NCBI GenBank assembly: GCA_017470535.1
Contig: JAFUYP010000014.1
Span: forward strand, 7,761-71,760
From: Ruminococcus sp.
Lineage (GTDB): Bacteria; Bacillota; Clostridia; Oscillospirales; Ruminococcaceae
Reading direction: 5' to 3'
Length of the DNA: 64,000 nt
How positions within the stretch are numbered: the first letter of the stretch is position 1; each line of letters opens with the position of its first letter. The notes below the pieces were generated by a model, which was not told where the DNA came from, ran no database searches, and worked only from the letters and a program-made list of their open reading frames with translations. Both the position numbers and the translations under genes were made by a program. Shown piece by piece: positions 1 through 8,433 of this stretch.

Positions 1-89
1 ATCGCAAACGTCAGGAGCATCGAGATAACTACAAGTATGACGCTCCTTGCAGGTCTGCCTTTAATATTTTTAACTGCTATGCTTTTCAT
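1..89 (-). CDS. ABC transporter permease (FtsX/MacB-like), N-terminal part only; runs off the window edge
   Basis: Manual translation from ATG at 89 gives MKSIAVKNIKGRPARSVILVVISMLLTFA, a typical FtsX-type permease start (basic amphipathic segment, then a TM helix). It starts 4 nt after the DUF4418 stop. Confidence 0.7.
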   Translation of the reverse strand, partial: MKSIAVKNIKGRPARSVILVVISMLLTFA

Positions 90-93
90 TCTT

Positions 94-501
94 TCAGTCC
101 TTGCTCCTGATGTTCAGGATGATGTTCATAACGGCGCATACTGCAAATACCGCACAGGTGACTATCACTACCGGGCGCATAACGCTGTGGCATCTCATAG
201 TGTCCATCATGCACATTTTTATTATAGTCTGCGGTATGAGTGCTGCGGCCACCGCCGCCGCTGCCGACAGGCAGGAAAGTATCACTGACACAGCTTTATT
301 CTTTATAAATATCCCTGCAAGCGACAGCACCGCCATTCCTATACCTATGTACATGACCGTATTCTCCGCATCATGGCAGTGCATAAAGCTGCCGTCGTCC
401 TTAGCGCCGCAGGCGTGGAATATCACCTTTACCCCCACTGCCAGGAATACGCTTATAAGCATCATTGATATTCCTGTAATCGTAATAGCTTTGTTCTTCA
501 T
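94..501 (-). CDS. DUF4418-family membrane protein
   Basis: Four hydrophobic segments with FHAC...FMHCH and MCMMDTMRCH motifs. Start moved to ATG 501 (MKNKAI), with a GGAAAGG RBS at 511-517. Confidence 0.75.
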   Translation of the reverse strand: MKNKAITITGISMMLISVFLAVGVKVIFHACGAKDDGSFMHCHDAENTVMYIGIGMAVLSLAGIFIKNKAVSVILSCLSAAAAVAAALIPQTIIKMCMMDTMRCHSVMRPVVIVTCAVFAVCAVMNIILNIRSKD

Positions 502-502
502 C

Positions 503-1429
503 TCAATTGTCCTTTCCATAGCTTGTTTTTGATATGTTGTATTGTTTTTTGAAATCCCCCGTGAACTTATCATCTTCTTTATGTCCCGGGAAATCCTCAC
601 TGCCCTTTAAAAAGCATTCGTGATCCTTGTTCACGCAGTCCCACGTTGCGTCCAAGTTATAGTAAACGCCGTCGATACATACGATGTTCCATGCGTGGTA
701 CTCGCTCTCACCTGTTTTCGGACTTGTTGCCATTCCGGTTAGCACACGACAACCGATACCTGCACTTCTCATCAGTCTGTACACCGCCGCCGCATACCCC
801 TGACAGGCAGCCGTATGGTTTATAAGTGCCGCATACGCCGTTGATTTCAGGTGGTAGTTGTCGTTTTTGATGTGTATTATATCAAAGCTCACATTCTCGT
901 AGATGTGATCGTATATCCGTCTGACCTTCTCATAGTCCGAAAGGGTATCATCTATCCCGAGAATAGCAAGTATCTCACTGACCCTGTCACTGACCATCTG
1001 CTCCTGCTCGGGGGTAGTGTAGCACAAAGGGTTTATCTTTATGGAGTAGACAAAATCGCTCTCCTGCTGCTCCACCGAGTATTCAAGCGTATAGCCGCCC
1101 GTATTGCAGGCAAGATAATCCCCCTCGTCAGGGCTGTCAGTCTCAGCGAGTGCATACCCCATAAGCTCTCTTACAAGCTCCTCTATGTCCTGCATATTAT
1201 CGCTTTGTGATACATACTCTATCGTGACATAGCGGTATTTTTCTTTAAGGCGTGTACGCAGCTTTTCTATCACCTCGTCGGAGTTTTTAAAATACACGCT
1301 CATATCACGCCTGACATCATAATGATACTTGGCACTGTACCTCTGTGCATATATGTCAGACCCTGTCTGGGTCATCATAGCTGCTGCTAACAGACAAGCT
1401 GCTGCTCTTGCAAATAACGCCGTCCTCAT
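503..1429 (-). CDS. Secreted transglutaminase-like domain protein
   Basis: Signal peptide; Cys-His-Asp triad motifs AACQGYA, HAWN, DATWD. ATGA overlap with the sdhB-like stop. Confidence 0.85.
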   Translation of the reverse strand: MRTALFARAAACLLAAAMMTQTGSDIYAQRYSAKYHYDVRRDMSVYFKNSDEVIEKLRTRLKEKYRYVTIEYVSQSDNMQDIEELVRELMGYALAETDSPDEGDYLACNTGGYTLEYSVEQQESDFVYSIKINPLCYTTPEQEQMVSDRVSEILAILGIDDTLSDYEKVRRIYDHIYENVSFDIIHIKNDNYHLKSTAYAALINHTAACQGYAAAVYRLMRSAGIGCRVLTGMATSPKTGESEYHAWNIVCIDGVYYNLDATWDCVNKDHECFLKGSEDFPGHKEDDKFTGDFKKQYNISKTSYGKDN

Positions 1430-2145
1430 TTTTTCTTATACACATTTCTTTTCCATACAGCGGCGGCATTCGAGCTTGCCATTACCCTGTCGGCATCAAG
1501 CCCTGCCGGGCAGATGTTCCTGCACGCAAGCGATTTTCCGCACCCCGAGTAAAAATGCTTCTTATACTGCTGCCGTATGTCCTTGTCATTGCCCTTTTGC
1601 GACTGGGCGATGATCTTGCTCATAGGCAGACCTGCCGCCATGCCGTAGAACCTTCCGCCCACATAGAAATTCGGACATACCTCCAGACAGCAGCCGCATT
1701 GCAGGCAGCCCGAGCTTTCGTATGCTATGTCACGCACCTTGTCGTTATCATAGGCATCCGTTTCAAGCCACAGCCTGATCCGCCTGAGCGTATCGAACAT
1801 CACCGACCTGTCTACCGACAGATCCCTGATAAGAGGGAACTTAGACAGCGGCTCTACCGTCACAAAGCCCTCATTTGCAAACTCCGACAGCTTTGCGTCG
1901 CACGCAAGCCGTGGTCTGCCGCCTATCACCATAGCGCACGCTCCGCACTTTTTCTGCAAACAGCTGCACTCCCAGCTTAGAGGGGAAACATCATTCCCCT
2001 CTGTGTCTTTGCAGCCGCCCTTGTTTATGTTACCAAGCGCATTTGAAAGCACCTCGCTTTTGTCATCATACTCATATACAATGCTCTGGATATAACTTTT
2101 ATCATCGGGGCTTTGCTGTCTTTTTATGTCAAGCCTTATCTGCAT
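1426..2145 (-). CDS. sdhB: Succinate dehydrogenase/fumarate reductase iron-sulfur subunit
   Basis: [2Fe-2S] motif SCLQKKCGAC...RLAC, [4Fe-4S] motif CLQCGCCLEVCP, [3Fe-4S]-type motif CGKSLACRNICP. Confidence 0.9.
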   Translation of the reverse strand: MQIRLDIKRQQSPDDKSYIQSIVYEYDDKSEVLSNALGNINKGGCKDTEGNDVSPLSWECSCLQKKCGACAMVIGGRPRLACDAKLSEFANEGFVTVEPLSKFPLIRDLSVDRSVMFDTLRRIRLWLETDAYDNDKVRDIAYESSGCLQCGCCLEVCPNFYVGGRFYGMAAGLPMSKIIAQSQKGNDKDIRQQYKKHFYSGCGKSLACRNICPAGLDADRVMASSNAAAVWKRNVYKKK

Positions 2146-3716
2146 ATATCCTCCTTGTCAGCATCTATAAAGCTGATATGCACCCTGCCGCCGTCTGTCC
2201 TTGCGACACTTAGCTTTTTATACTCATCATCTGTCTGCGGATAGTCCTCTCTGTAATGCGCTCCCCTGCTCTCTTTCCTCTCTGCCGCCGACATCAGGGA
2301 AGCCCTTGCAAGCATCACCCTTGCTTTTTCACGGTCGTTTTCGGGTGTCAGCTCTTCAAGTGCTGAAAGTGCTTTATCAAGCTGCTGTTCATTTCTCACT
2401 ATCCCCATGCCGTCAAGCAGTATCTCACAAAGAGCATCATTAAACCTCGCACGGCTCTCCTCGTAGTATGGCTCATCTGAGGGGGCGTCCTCAAAGACCA
2501 CCTCGCACTCACTGCTCTGCGGCAGCGAAAGTATATCCTCCGCCGCAGTTATGCCGCCGTATACTGCGCCAAGCATAGAGTTGCCGCCCAGACGGTTCGC
2601 ACCGTGATAAAGGCTTGTAAACTCCCCTGCCGCATACAGGTTTTCGATACTTGTGCGGTGGTGCTCGTTTGTGAGTATGCCGCCCATAAAGTAATGTATC
2701 CCCTCATGGACGTTTATCGGTTCTTTTTCAGGGTCAAGCCCTGTGTAGCTCATAAGCTCCTTTTTAAGATCCGGCAGGCGCTCGCACCATACCTTGTGCG
2801 GTATGCCTGTCATATCGAGCATTACCTCACTGCCGGTTTCTCTCCTTGCAAAGAACATCTCTCTTGCCACGACATCACGGGGCATAAGGTTTTTGAGCAC
2901 GGGGTATTTTTCCTCCATAAAGTACCACGGCTCGTTATCTCGCTTTACAAACAGTCTGCCGCCCTCGCCCCTTGCAGCCTCGGTCACAAGGCATCTCTTG
3001 CCCGGTATTCCGATAGTCGTCGGGTGGTACTGTATCATTTCAAGTGAGCTGAATGCCGCCCCCTGCATGAATACTGCCGCTGCCGCATCACCTGTATTGT
3101 GTACCGTACCTGTCGTGTGCCCCGGGAACATACCGTTCATGCCGCCGCACGCTAAAAGCACCGTGCCGTACATAGACGCACATTTGCCGCTTATCCTGTC
3201 CTTGATACGCATACCCTTGCATATGCCGTTATCATTTATCAGGCGCAGAAATTCGTGGTGGGGGTATCTTTTGATAAGCCCCTCGCTCTCAAAGCTCCTT
3301 GCCTTGTCGATAAGGGAGGTCATGATCATTTTGCCGGTAGAGCTTTTTGCAAAAGCCGTCCTGCGCTTTTTCTGTCCGCCGAACGGGCGCTGCAAAAGTC
3401 TGCCGTTCTCTCTGTTAAACGGCACACCGAGCGATGAAAGCCACATGACCGTCTTTGGTGCATTGTCGGTAAGACCCTTTACCGCCCTGCGGTTTGCGAT
3501 ATACACGCCGCCCTTTACCGTATCCTCATAATGCTCCTGCACGCTGTCGTTCTCGCCCATATTGTCAAGCGCTGCATTTATGCCGCCCTCTGCAAGCACC
3601 GACTGCGCACGCTCGGACGGCTGTGCGGATACAAGTATACATTTTCTGCCCGCCTGTGCGAGCGTTATCGCCGCAGACAGACCTGCAAGCCCTGCGCCTG
3701 CTATTATGATGCTCAT
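2136..3716 (-). CDS. sdhA: Succinate dehydrogenase/fumarate reductase flavoprotein subunit (FAD probably non-covalent)
   Basis: Motifs GAGLAG, AEGGINA, QYHPT, TEAARGEG, PRDVVAR, HYFMGG, GANRLGGNS, ESRGAH. Start moved to ATG 3716 (ATGA overlap with the upstream gene). Confidence 0.88.
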   Translation of the reverse strand: MSIIIAGAGLAGLSAAITLAQAGRKCILVSAQPSERAQSVLAEGGINAALDNMGENDSVQEHYEDTVKGGVYIANRRAVKGLTDNAPKTVMWLSSLGVPFNRENGRLLQRPFGGQKKRRTAFAKSSTGKMIMTSLIDKARSFESEGLIKRYPHHEFLRLINDNGICKGMRIKDRISGKCASMYGTVLLACGGMNGMFPGHTTGTVHNTGDAAAAVFMQGAAFSSLEMIQYHPTTIGIPGKRCLVTEAARGEGGRLFVKRDNEPWYFMEEKYPVLKNLMPRDVVAREMFFARRETGSEVMLDMTGIPHKVWCERLPDLKKELMSYTGLDPEKEPINVHEGIHYFMGGILTNEHHRTSIENLYAAGEFTSLYHGANRLGGNSMLGAVYGGITAAEDILSLPQSSECEVVFEDAPSDEPYYEESRARFNDALCEILLDGMGIVRNEQQLDKALSALEELTPENDREKARVMLARASLMSAAERKESRGAHYREDYPQTDDEYKKLSVARTDGGRVHISFIDADKEDICR

Positions 3717-4270
3717 ATGACATTCCACCTGACGTAATAGATAATGAACGCTATCGCCGTAAATATTAGCACAAAGCTAAGTATCAGCGCTATATCAAGC
3801 CCTAACTCCTTAAAGCTCTTTACCCCAAAGGACAAAAGCATGGGCTTTGCGTTTGAAACTATATGAAGTGCTAAGCTCACCACAAAGAGTATATGCGCTG
3901 TGAGCATTACCCCCTCAAATGCTGCGAGCCTGTAAACGCCGTCATCGTTCTTACCTGCAAACACAGGTGCGTGGACGAATATGAAAAGCATTACCGCAAA
4001 GCCGCTTATACGCCTTACCCAGAAGAGCTTGTTTTCCCTGAAATAGCCTTTGCCCGACTTCTTTACCGCCCTGAGCGAATCGACTGTCAACTTGCAGCCT
4101 ATAACAAGGTGTGCAAGGATAAACGCCTCCATAATGGGTGTTATGACCTTCATCAGCGTCTTGCCGCCCGGTATCACCCCGAACAGCTGGAAGCCGCCCA
4201 TTATAGCGTGTATCAGAAAAAACACGAGCACCAGCACGGTGATAACGGCATTTGCTTTTCTCATACTCAT
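3713..4270 (-). CDS. sdhC: SdhC-like five-TM cytochrome b membrane anchor
   Basis: Five TM helices with His in FLIH, LAH, RISG...FVH and ALH, matching the Bacillus-type di-heme anchor pattern. Lies directly upstream of sdhA/B. Confidence 0.7.
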   Translation of the reverse strand: MSMRKANAVITVLVLVFFLIHAIMGGFQLFGVIPGGKTLMKVITPIMEAFILAHLVIGCKLTVDSLRAVKKSGKGYFRENKLFWVRRISGFAVMLFIFVHAPVFAGKNDDGVYRLAAFEGVMLTAHILFVVSLALHIVSNAKPMLLSFGVKSFKELGLDIALILSFVLIFTAIAFIIYYVRWNVI

Positions 4271-4776
4271 TCTCCTTTGGTGTGTATCAGTAGTGTGTCA
4301 GTCTTATCAAGTATCAGACTCGCCTTTGTGTTGTCATACATCTCCTGCGACATGACGATAATGTCATATATCCCGTTTTCTGCCTTTGAAAGCATCAAGG
4401 TCGTATCCTGCGTCTTTATCTTCATCTGGTTTTCCGGCAGCCTTGACTGAAAGCTCCTTGCCATTTCAAGTCCGCCTGCATCAGACGAGCCGACAGCACA
4501 GACAAGATCCTCAAACACTGAGAATATCTCCTCGCTCTCGCCCTTTTCAAAAAACTCCTGCCATACTGCAAGGTTTTTTTCATCTGTGTGCTTTTGACGG
4601 TTTATAAGCACCACAAACTCGCCCGACGGCGAATCAAGTGCTTCCGTCGCAGCCGTAACAGCGTCCTCACCGCCGCTTTTTGCCTTGTAATAGTCAGATG
4701 TCAGGTACGGCAGCCCCAGCATCAAAAACAGAGCTGCCGCTGTCACTGAAACGTGACGCAGGATTCTTTTAAACAT
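4267..4776 (-). CDS. Membrane-anchored hypothetical protein with a flavinylation-like motif (DAVTAAT)
   Basis: One N-terminal TM then a soluble domain; overlaps both neighbouring genes. Confidence 0.75.
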   Translation of the reverse strand: MFKRILRHVSVTAAALFLMLGLPYLTSDYYKAKSGGEDAVTAATEALDSPSGEFVVLINRQKHTDEKNLAVWQEFFEKGESEEIFSVFEDLVCAVGSSDAGGLEMARSFQSRLPENQMKIKTQDTTLMLSKAENGIYDIIVMSQEMYDNTKASLILDKTDTLLIHTKGE

Positions 4777-5222
4777 CAGTTATCTTCCGCTTTTTTAAGC
4801 GCCTCTCCTACCGCTTCTTTAAATTCATTGTAGTTGACAGTCGCACCGCTTATAGCGTCAACGTCATCGACGCTGCCCTTCTCAACAAGAGCCTTTGCAT
4901 ACTCGGCACACGCACTCCTTGCCCTCTGTGCCTTGCTGTAAAAGTCCTTGTTCTTTATCTCGCCGTTCTCCTTGCCGTAATTCTCGTCCTTGAGAGTTCC
5001 GTCAAGCTCGTAGGTATTGTATTCGCATTCTGTTATCTTGCCGTCCTTAATAGTCAGCTTGACAATACCGTAGCCGTTGCCTGCCTCGTCGCCCTCTTCC
5101 TCGTTTATAAAGTCAGCGCTCCTGCCCTCATATGTCCCGTCCTTGTAGGACACCGAGCCGCATGAGGTAAAAACAGCCGTCACGCCAAGCAGGGCTGTCA
5201 TCAAAGCTATCGTCTTTTTCAT
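4776..5222 (-). CDS. FMN-binding lipoprotein (Tpp15/FMN_bind-like)
   Basis: Lipobox FTSC, YKDGTYEG, and the ApbE flavinylation motif VDAISGAT. Confidence 0.9.
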   Translation of the reverse strand: MKKTIALMTALLGVTAVFTSCGSVSYKDGTYEGRSADFINEEEGDEAGNGYGIVKLTIKDGKITECEYNTYELDGTLKDENYGKENGEIKNKDFYSKAQRARSACAEYAKALVEKGSVDDVDAISGATVNYNEFKEAVGEALKKAEDN

Positions 5223-5234
5223 TTTTATGCCCCC

Positions 5235-5927
5235 TTAGCTGTCGAACCTTATCTTGCCGGTGAAGTTCTCGTTCCTGACTTCCTTTGCTATCTTGCCGCT
5301 TCTTAGCACTATCCTTCTCTGTGCTACCTCTGCGACCTCGGGGTCATGGGTAACGACTATCAGTGTTGTGCCCTCGCTGTGCAGCTTGTGGAAAAGGTCA
5401 ACGACTATCTCCTCATTCGCTTCGTCAAGATTTCCCGTCGGCTCGTCTGCAAGGATTATCTCCGGGTAATTTATAAGCGCACGGGCTACGCACACTCTCT
5501 GCTGCTCACCGCCCGAGAGCTGGCGCGGCAGATGCTTTGCCCTGTCTGCAAGCCCGACACGCTCGAGCGCTTCAAGTGCTTCCTTTTCATCGGGTATGCT
5601 GTGGTAATACTGCGCAAGCATAACATTCTCAACAGCAGTCAGATAATTGACCAGGTGGAACTGCTGGAAGATAAGCCCTATCTTGTCACGCCTTATCGTG
5701 GTAAGGTTTTTCTTGCTCTCCTTTGCGATGTCAACACCGTCTAAAAGCACTTCCCCCTTACTCGGCTTATCCATGCAGCCGATAATATTCATCATCGTAC
5801 TTTTTCCCGAGCCTGACGGCCCCATGATAGATACCCACTCGCCCTTTTCGACTTTAAGGTTCACATCATCAAGAGCGTGCAGCTCGCCGTATATTTTATA
5901 AACATTTTTCAGTTCAAGTAAACTCAT
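5235..5927 (-). CDS. ABC transporter ATP-binding protein (MacB/LolD type; FetD-like)
   Basis: Walker A GPSGSGKS, signature LSGGEQQR, Walker B ILADEPTG. Confidence 0.95.
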   Translation of the reverse strand: MSLLELKNVYKIYGELHALDDVNLKVEKGEWVSIMGPSGSGKSTMMNIIGCMDKPSKGEVLLDGVDIAKESKKNLTTIRRDKIGLIFQQFHLVNYLTAVENVMLAQYYHSIPDEKEALEALERVGLADRAKHLPRQLSGGEQQRVCVARALINYPEIILADEPTGNLDEANEEIVVDLFHKLHSEGTTLIVVTHDPEVAEVAQRRIVLRSGKIAKEVRNENFTGKIRFDS

Positions 5928-5942
5928 ATTGATACCTCCATT

Positions 5943-7109
5943 TTATTCGCCTTTAAGCACAAGCGCCGGGTCAACGTCCGTCGCACTTCTTATAGGCATA
6001 AGGCTCGAAAGTCCTGTAACAAGCATTGATGCTATCACCGTCACCGGCACAAGCAATGGTCTGAATGAGATAGAGCTTGAAAATACATTCACGCTCACCT
6101 GCTGTGCGAACACAAATCCCAGCACAGACCCGAGCAGTCCTCCGCAGAAGCCGAGCATTATGCTCTCGCCCATAAACTCCTTTATGATGCTCATATCCGT
6201 CGCACCTATCGCCTTGCGAAGTCCTATCTCCTTGCGCCTTTCAGCAACTACCGCCGTCATGGTCGTTGCCACGCATATCATGGTAAGTGCAAGCACTACG
6301 ATAGTTACGAGCAGCACCAGTGCCTGCAATTTTGTAAGCACTGTCGCTTCCGATGCTGTAACTCTCTTGACAAGTGATGCGTGTACCGAGCTCACCTTGT
6401 CGTTTATCGCTGATACTGTGTTTTTAAGCACATCTCCGGTTGCCGAAACGCTAAGCTCTGCCACATCTATCCTGCTGCCGCCCCCTGCAAGCTCACTTAT
6501 ATCCGCAAGGGTCATGTATACATATTCTTCCTCCGAGCCGCCGGTATCAAGTATACCCGATACCGTGAAGGTCTTTACATTGTCCTCTATCGCTATCCTT
6601 TCGCCTTTTTCATCTACCTGTTTTTCGGTCTGCGGCGTGTAGCTGACATCTATCACGCTGCCCTCTTTGAGCCTGAAGGTATCTGCCACCTTAGCTCCTA
6701 CGAGCAGCTGTCCGTCATGCTCTAACCACTCACCTGTCACCATCCAGTAGGGGCTTGTTTTCTTTACCCCCTCCGGGTCAGTACCGGCAGCAACTACCGG
6801 CTTTTCATTTATCCTGACGTTCTCGTATCTGAAGGGCGATACACCTACCACGCTGCCGCTTTCAAACTCAGCTGCACCCTCGTTTACCTTGTCAAGAGTA
6901 AAGCTGTCGTCCTTTGCCGTGAAGATGACATTTGCACCGTAGTTACGGAACTCCGCCCCCATCTGTCTTGGAACATCATAATAAATAGATACAAGACCCG
7001 ACAGTATCGTCGCACCTATCGCTATGGATAAAAGTGCCACTATCATTCTTGAGCGCCGCCTTAACAGTGACGCACTTATCATTTTGAAAAACATAGTTCT
7101 TTTCTTCAT
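5943..7109 (-). CDS. ABC transporter permease, FtsX/MacB type (FetC-like)
   Basis: N-terminal TM, extracytoplasmic domain, ERRKEIGLRKAIGA motif, three C-terminal TMs. Confidence 0.9.
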   Translation of the reverse strand: MKKRTMFFKMISASLLRRRSRMIVALLSIAIGATILSGLVSIYYDVPRQMGAEFRNYGANVIFTAKDDSFTLDKVNEGAAEFESGSVVGVSPFRYENVRINEKPVVAAGTDPEGVKKTSPYWMVTGEWLEHDGQLLVGAKVADTFRLKEGSVIDVSYTPQTEKQVDEKGERIAIEDNVKTFTVSGILDTGGSEEEYVYMTLADISELAGGGSRIDVAELSVSATGDVLKNTVSAINDKVSSVHASLVKRVTASEATVLTKLQALVLLVTIVVLALTMICVATTMTAVVAERRKEIGLRKAIGATDMSIIKEFMGESIMLGFCGGLLGSVLGFVFAQQVSVNVFSSSISFRPLLVPVTVIASMLVTGLSSLMPIRSATDVDPALVLKGE

Positions 7110-7121
7110 AGCTGCGCCCCC

Positions 7122-8411
7122 TTATCTGCCGTGTAAAACTTCCGTCGGGCGGAGTCCTAAAAGCATCTTGATAGCAGGCACACAGCCTATCATCGTTACG
7201 ATGACAACAAGCACCGCAACTATCGGTATCACCATCGGTCGCATCTCGATCGCCGAGCCGAATACCGAGTGACCGATGATCTGTGCAAAGCCGAAGCCTG
7301 CAAAGAACCCTGCCACTCCACCTATTATAGCAGAAATGAATATTTCTGTCAAGACAAGCAGCGATACCGAGCTGTTATTAGCACCTATCGCTTTCATAAG
7401 ACCTATCTCCTGACTTCTCTCCATTACAGTAGCCGTAACAAGGTTGCATATGCCGAGTGCCGCACCTATAAGGCTCAGGATAGTAATAAGTATCATCAAA
7501 AGCTGTGTCTTTTCAAGTATAGCGCCCTCGCTGTCTGCTACCTGTCTTACAGGTGATGCGACACAGTCGGGAATAGCCTCCTGTATCTGCCAGCATATAG
7601 ACGATGCGTAGGCTGTACAGTACCACTTCTCATACTGTGCGACCGTCAGCGATGACGGCCCGTTCTTTGTAGCAAGCTCTGCAAGGTCATTATCGGGCGT
7701 TGTCAGTGCGGATACCTCGATGCTGTTTATGCTGCCCTGTGCGCCCTCTAAGCTCTGTGCGTTTGCAAGATATGTAAAGAGCTTTCCGTCCTCGTCGCCG
7801 CCTGCGTCATATACGCCCTTGATGACAAAGTCGATAGTGCTGCCGTTTTTGCCCTTGACAGTGATAGTGTCGCCGACACCCTTGCCTGTCTGCTGTGCAA
7901 GAGATGTACCTATCATAGCTTCGTTTTCGTTTGTCTTTTTCTTTTCGTCGAGCCAGTCACCGCTCGTGACCTCCCACCAGCTTCTCATGCTGGTCATACC
8001 GGCGTCGAGCTGCTCGCCTGTCGGCAGCTCTAAGTGGTGTCCGTACCAGCTTCCAACAACCGTTACCTCCTCGCCGTCAGCAAGCGTTGCCTGCGTATTT
8101 AAAAACGGCGCAAAGTCCACTATGTTGAAAGCCCAGAATATGGTCTTTATCTTTCCGAGATCAGCTTCTTTGAGGTAGGAAGTGTTCCCTCCCTCGACCT
8201 CGTAAAGATCATCAATGACAGACGCTTCCTTCGGCACGACTGTTATGTTCGCACCGTACGTCTTGAGTTCCTGATTTACCTTGTCGCCGACATCGAGCAT
8301 AACACTAAGCATAGCCGATGCAAGCGATGCGCCAAGCGCTATCGTGAACGCTATCATGAGCATTTTCTTCCACTGCCTGAAAAGCGTTCCCTTTATCATT
8401 CGCAAAAACAT
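7122..8411 (-). CDS. ABC transporter permease, FtsX/MacB type (FetB-like)
   Basis: ELKTYGANI, IFWAFNI, WYCTAY, ERSQEIGLMKAIGA motifs typical of P19-cluster permeases. Confidence 0.9.
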   Translation of the reverse strand: MFLRMIKGTLFRQWKKMLMIAFTIALGASLASAMLSVMLDVGDKVNQELKTYGANITVVPKEASVIDDLYEVEGGNTSYLKEADLGKIKTIFWAFNIVDFAPFLNTQATLADGEEVTVVGSWYGHHLELPTGEQLDAGMTSMRSWWEVTSGDWLDEKKKTNENEAMIGTSLAQQTGKGVGDTITVKGKNGSTIDFVIKGVYDAGGDEDGKLFTYLANAQSLEGAQGSINSIEVSALTTPDNDLAELATKNGPSSLTVAQYEKWYCTAYASSICWQIQEAIPDCVASPVRQVADSEGAILEKTQLLMILITILSLIGAALGICNLVTATVMERSQEIGLMKAIGANNSSVSLLVLTEIFISAIIGGVAGFFAGFGFAQIIGHSVFGSAIEMRPMVIPIVAVLVVIVTMIGCVPAIKMLLGLRPTEVLHGR

Positions 8412-8433
8412 AGGATCTTAACTTGCTCCTTTC

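Noticed and set aside
2136-3716. Alternative call as L-aspartate oxidase NadB
   Set aside because: It is flanked by SdhB- and SdhC-like genes, with no nadA or nadC nearby.
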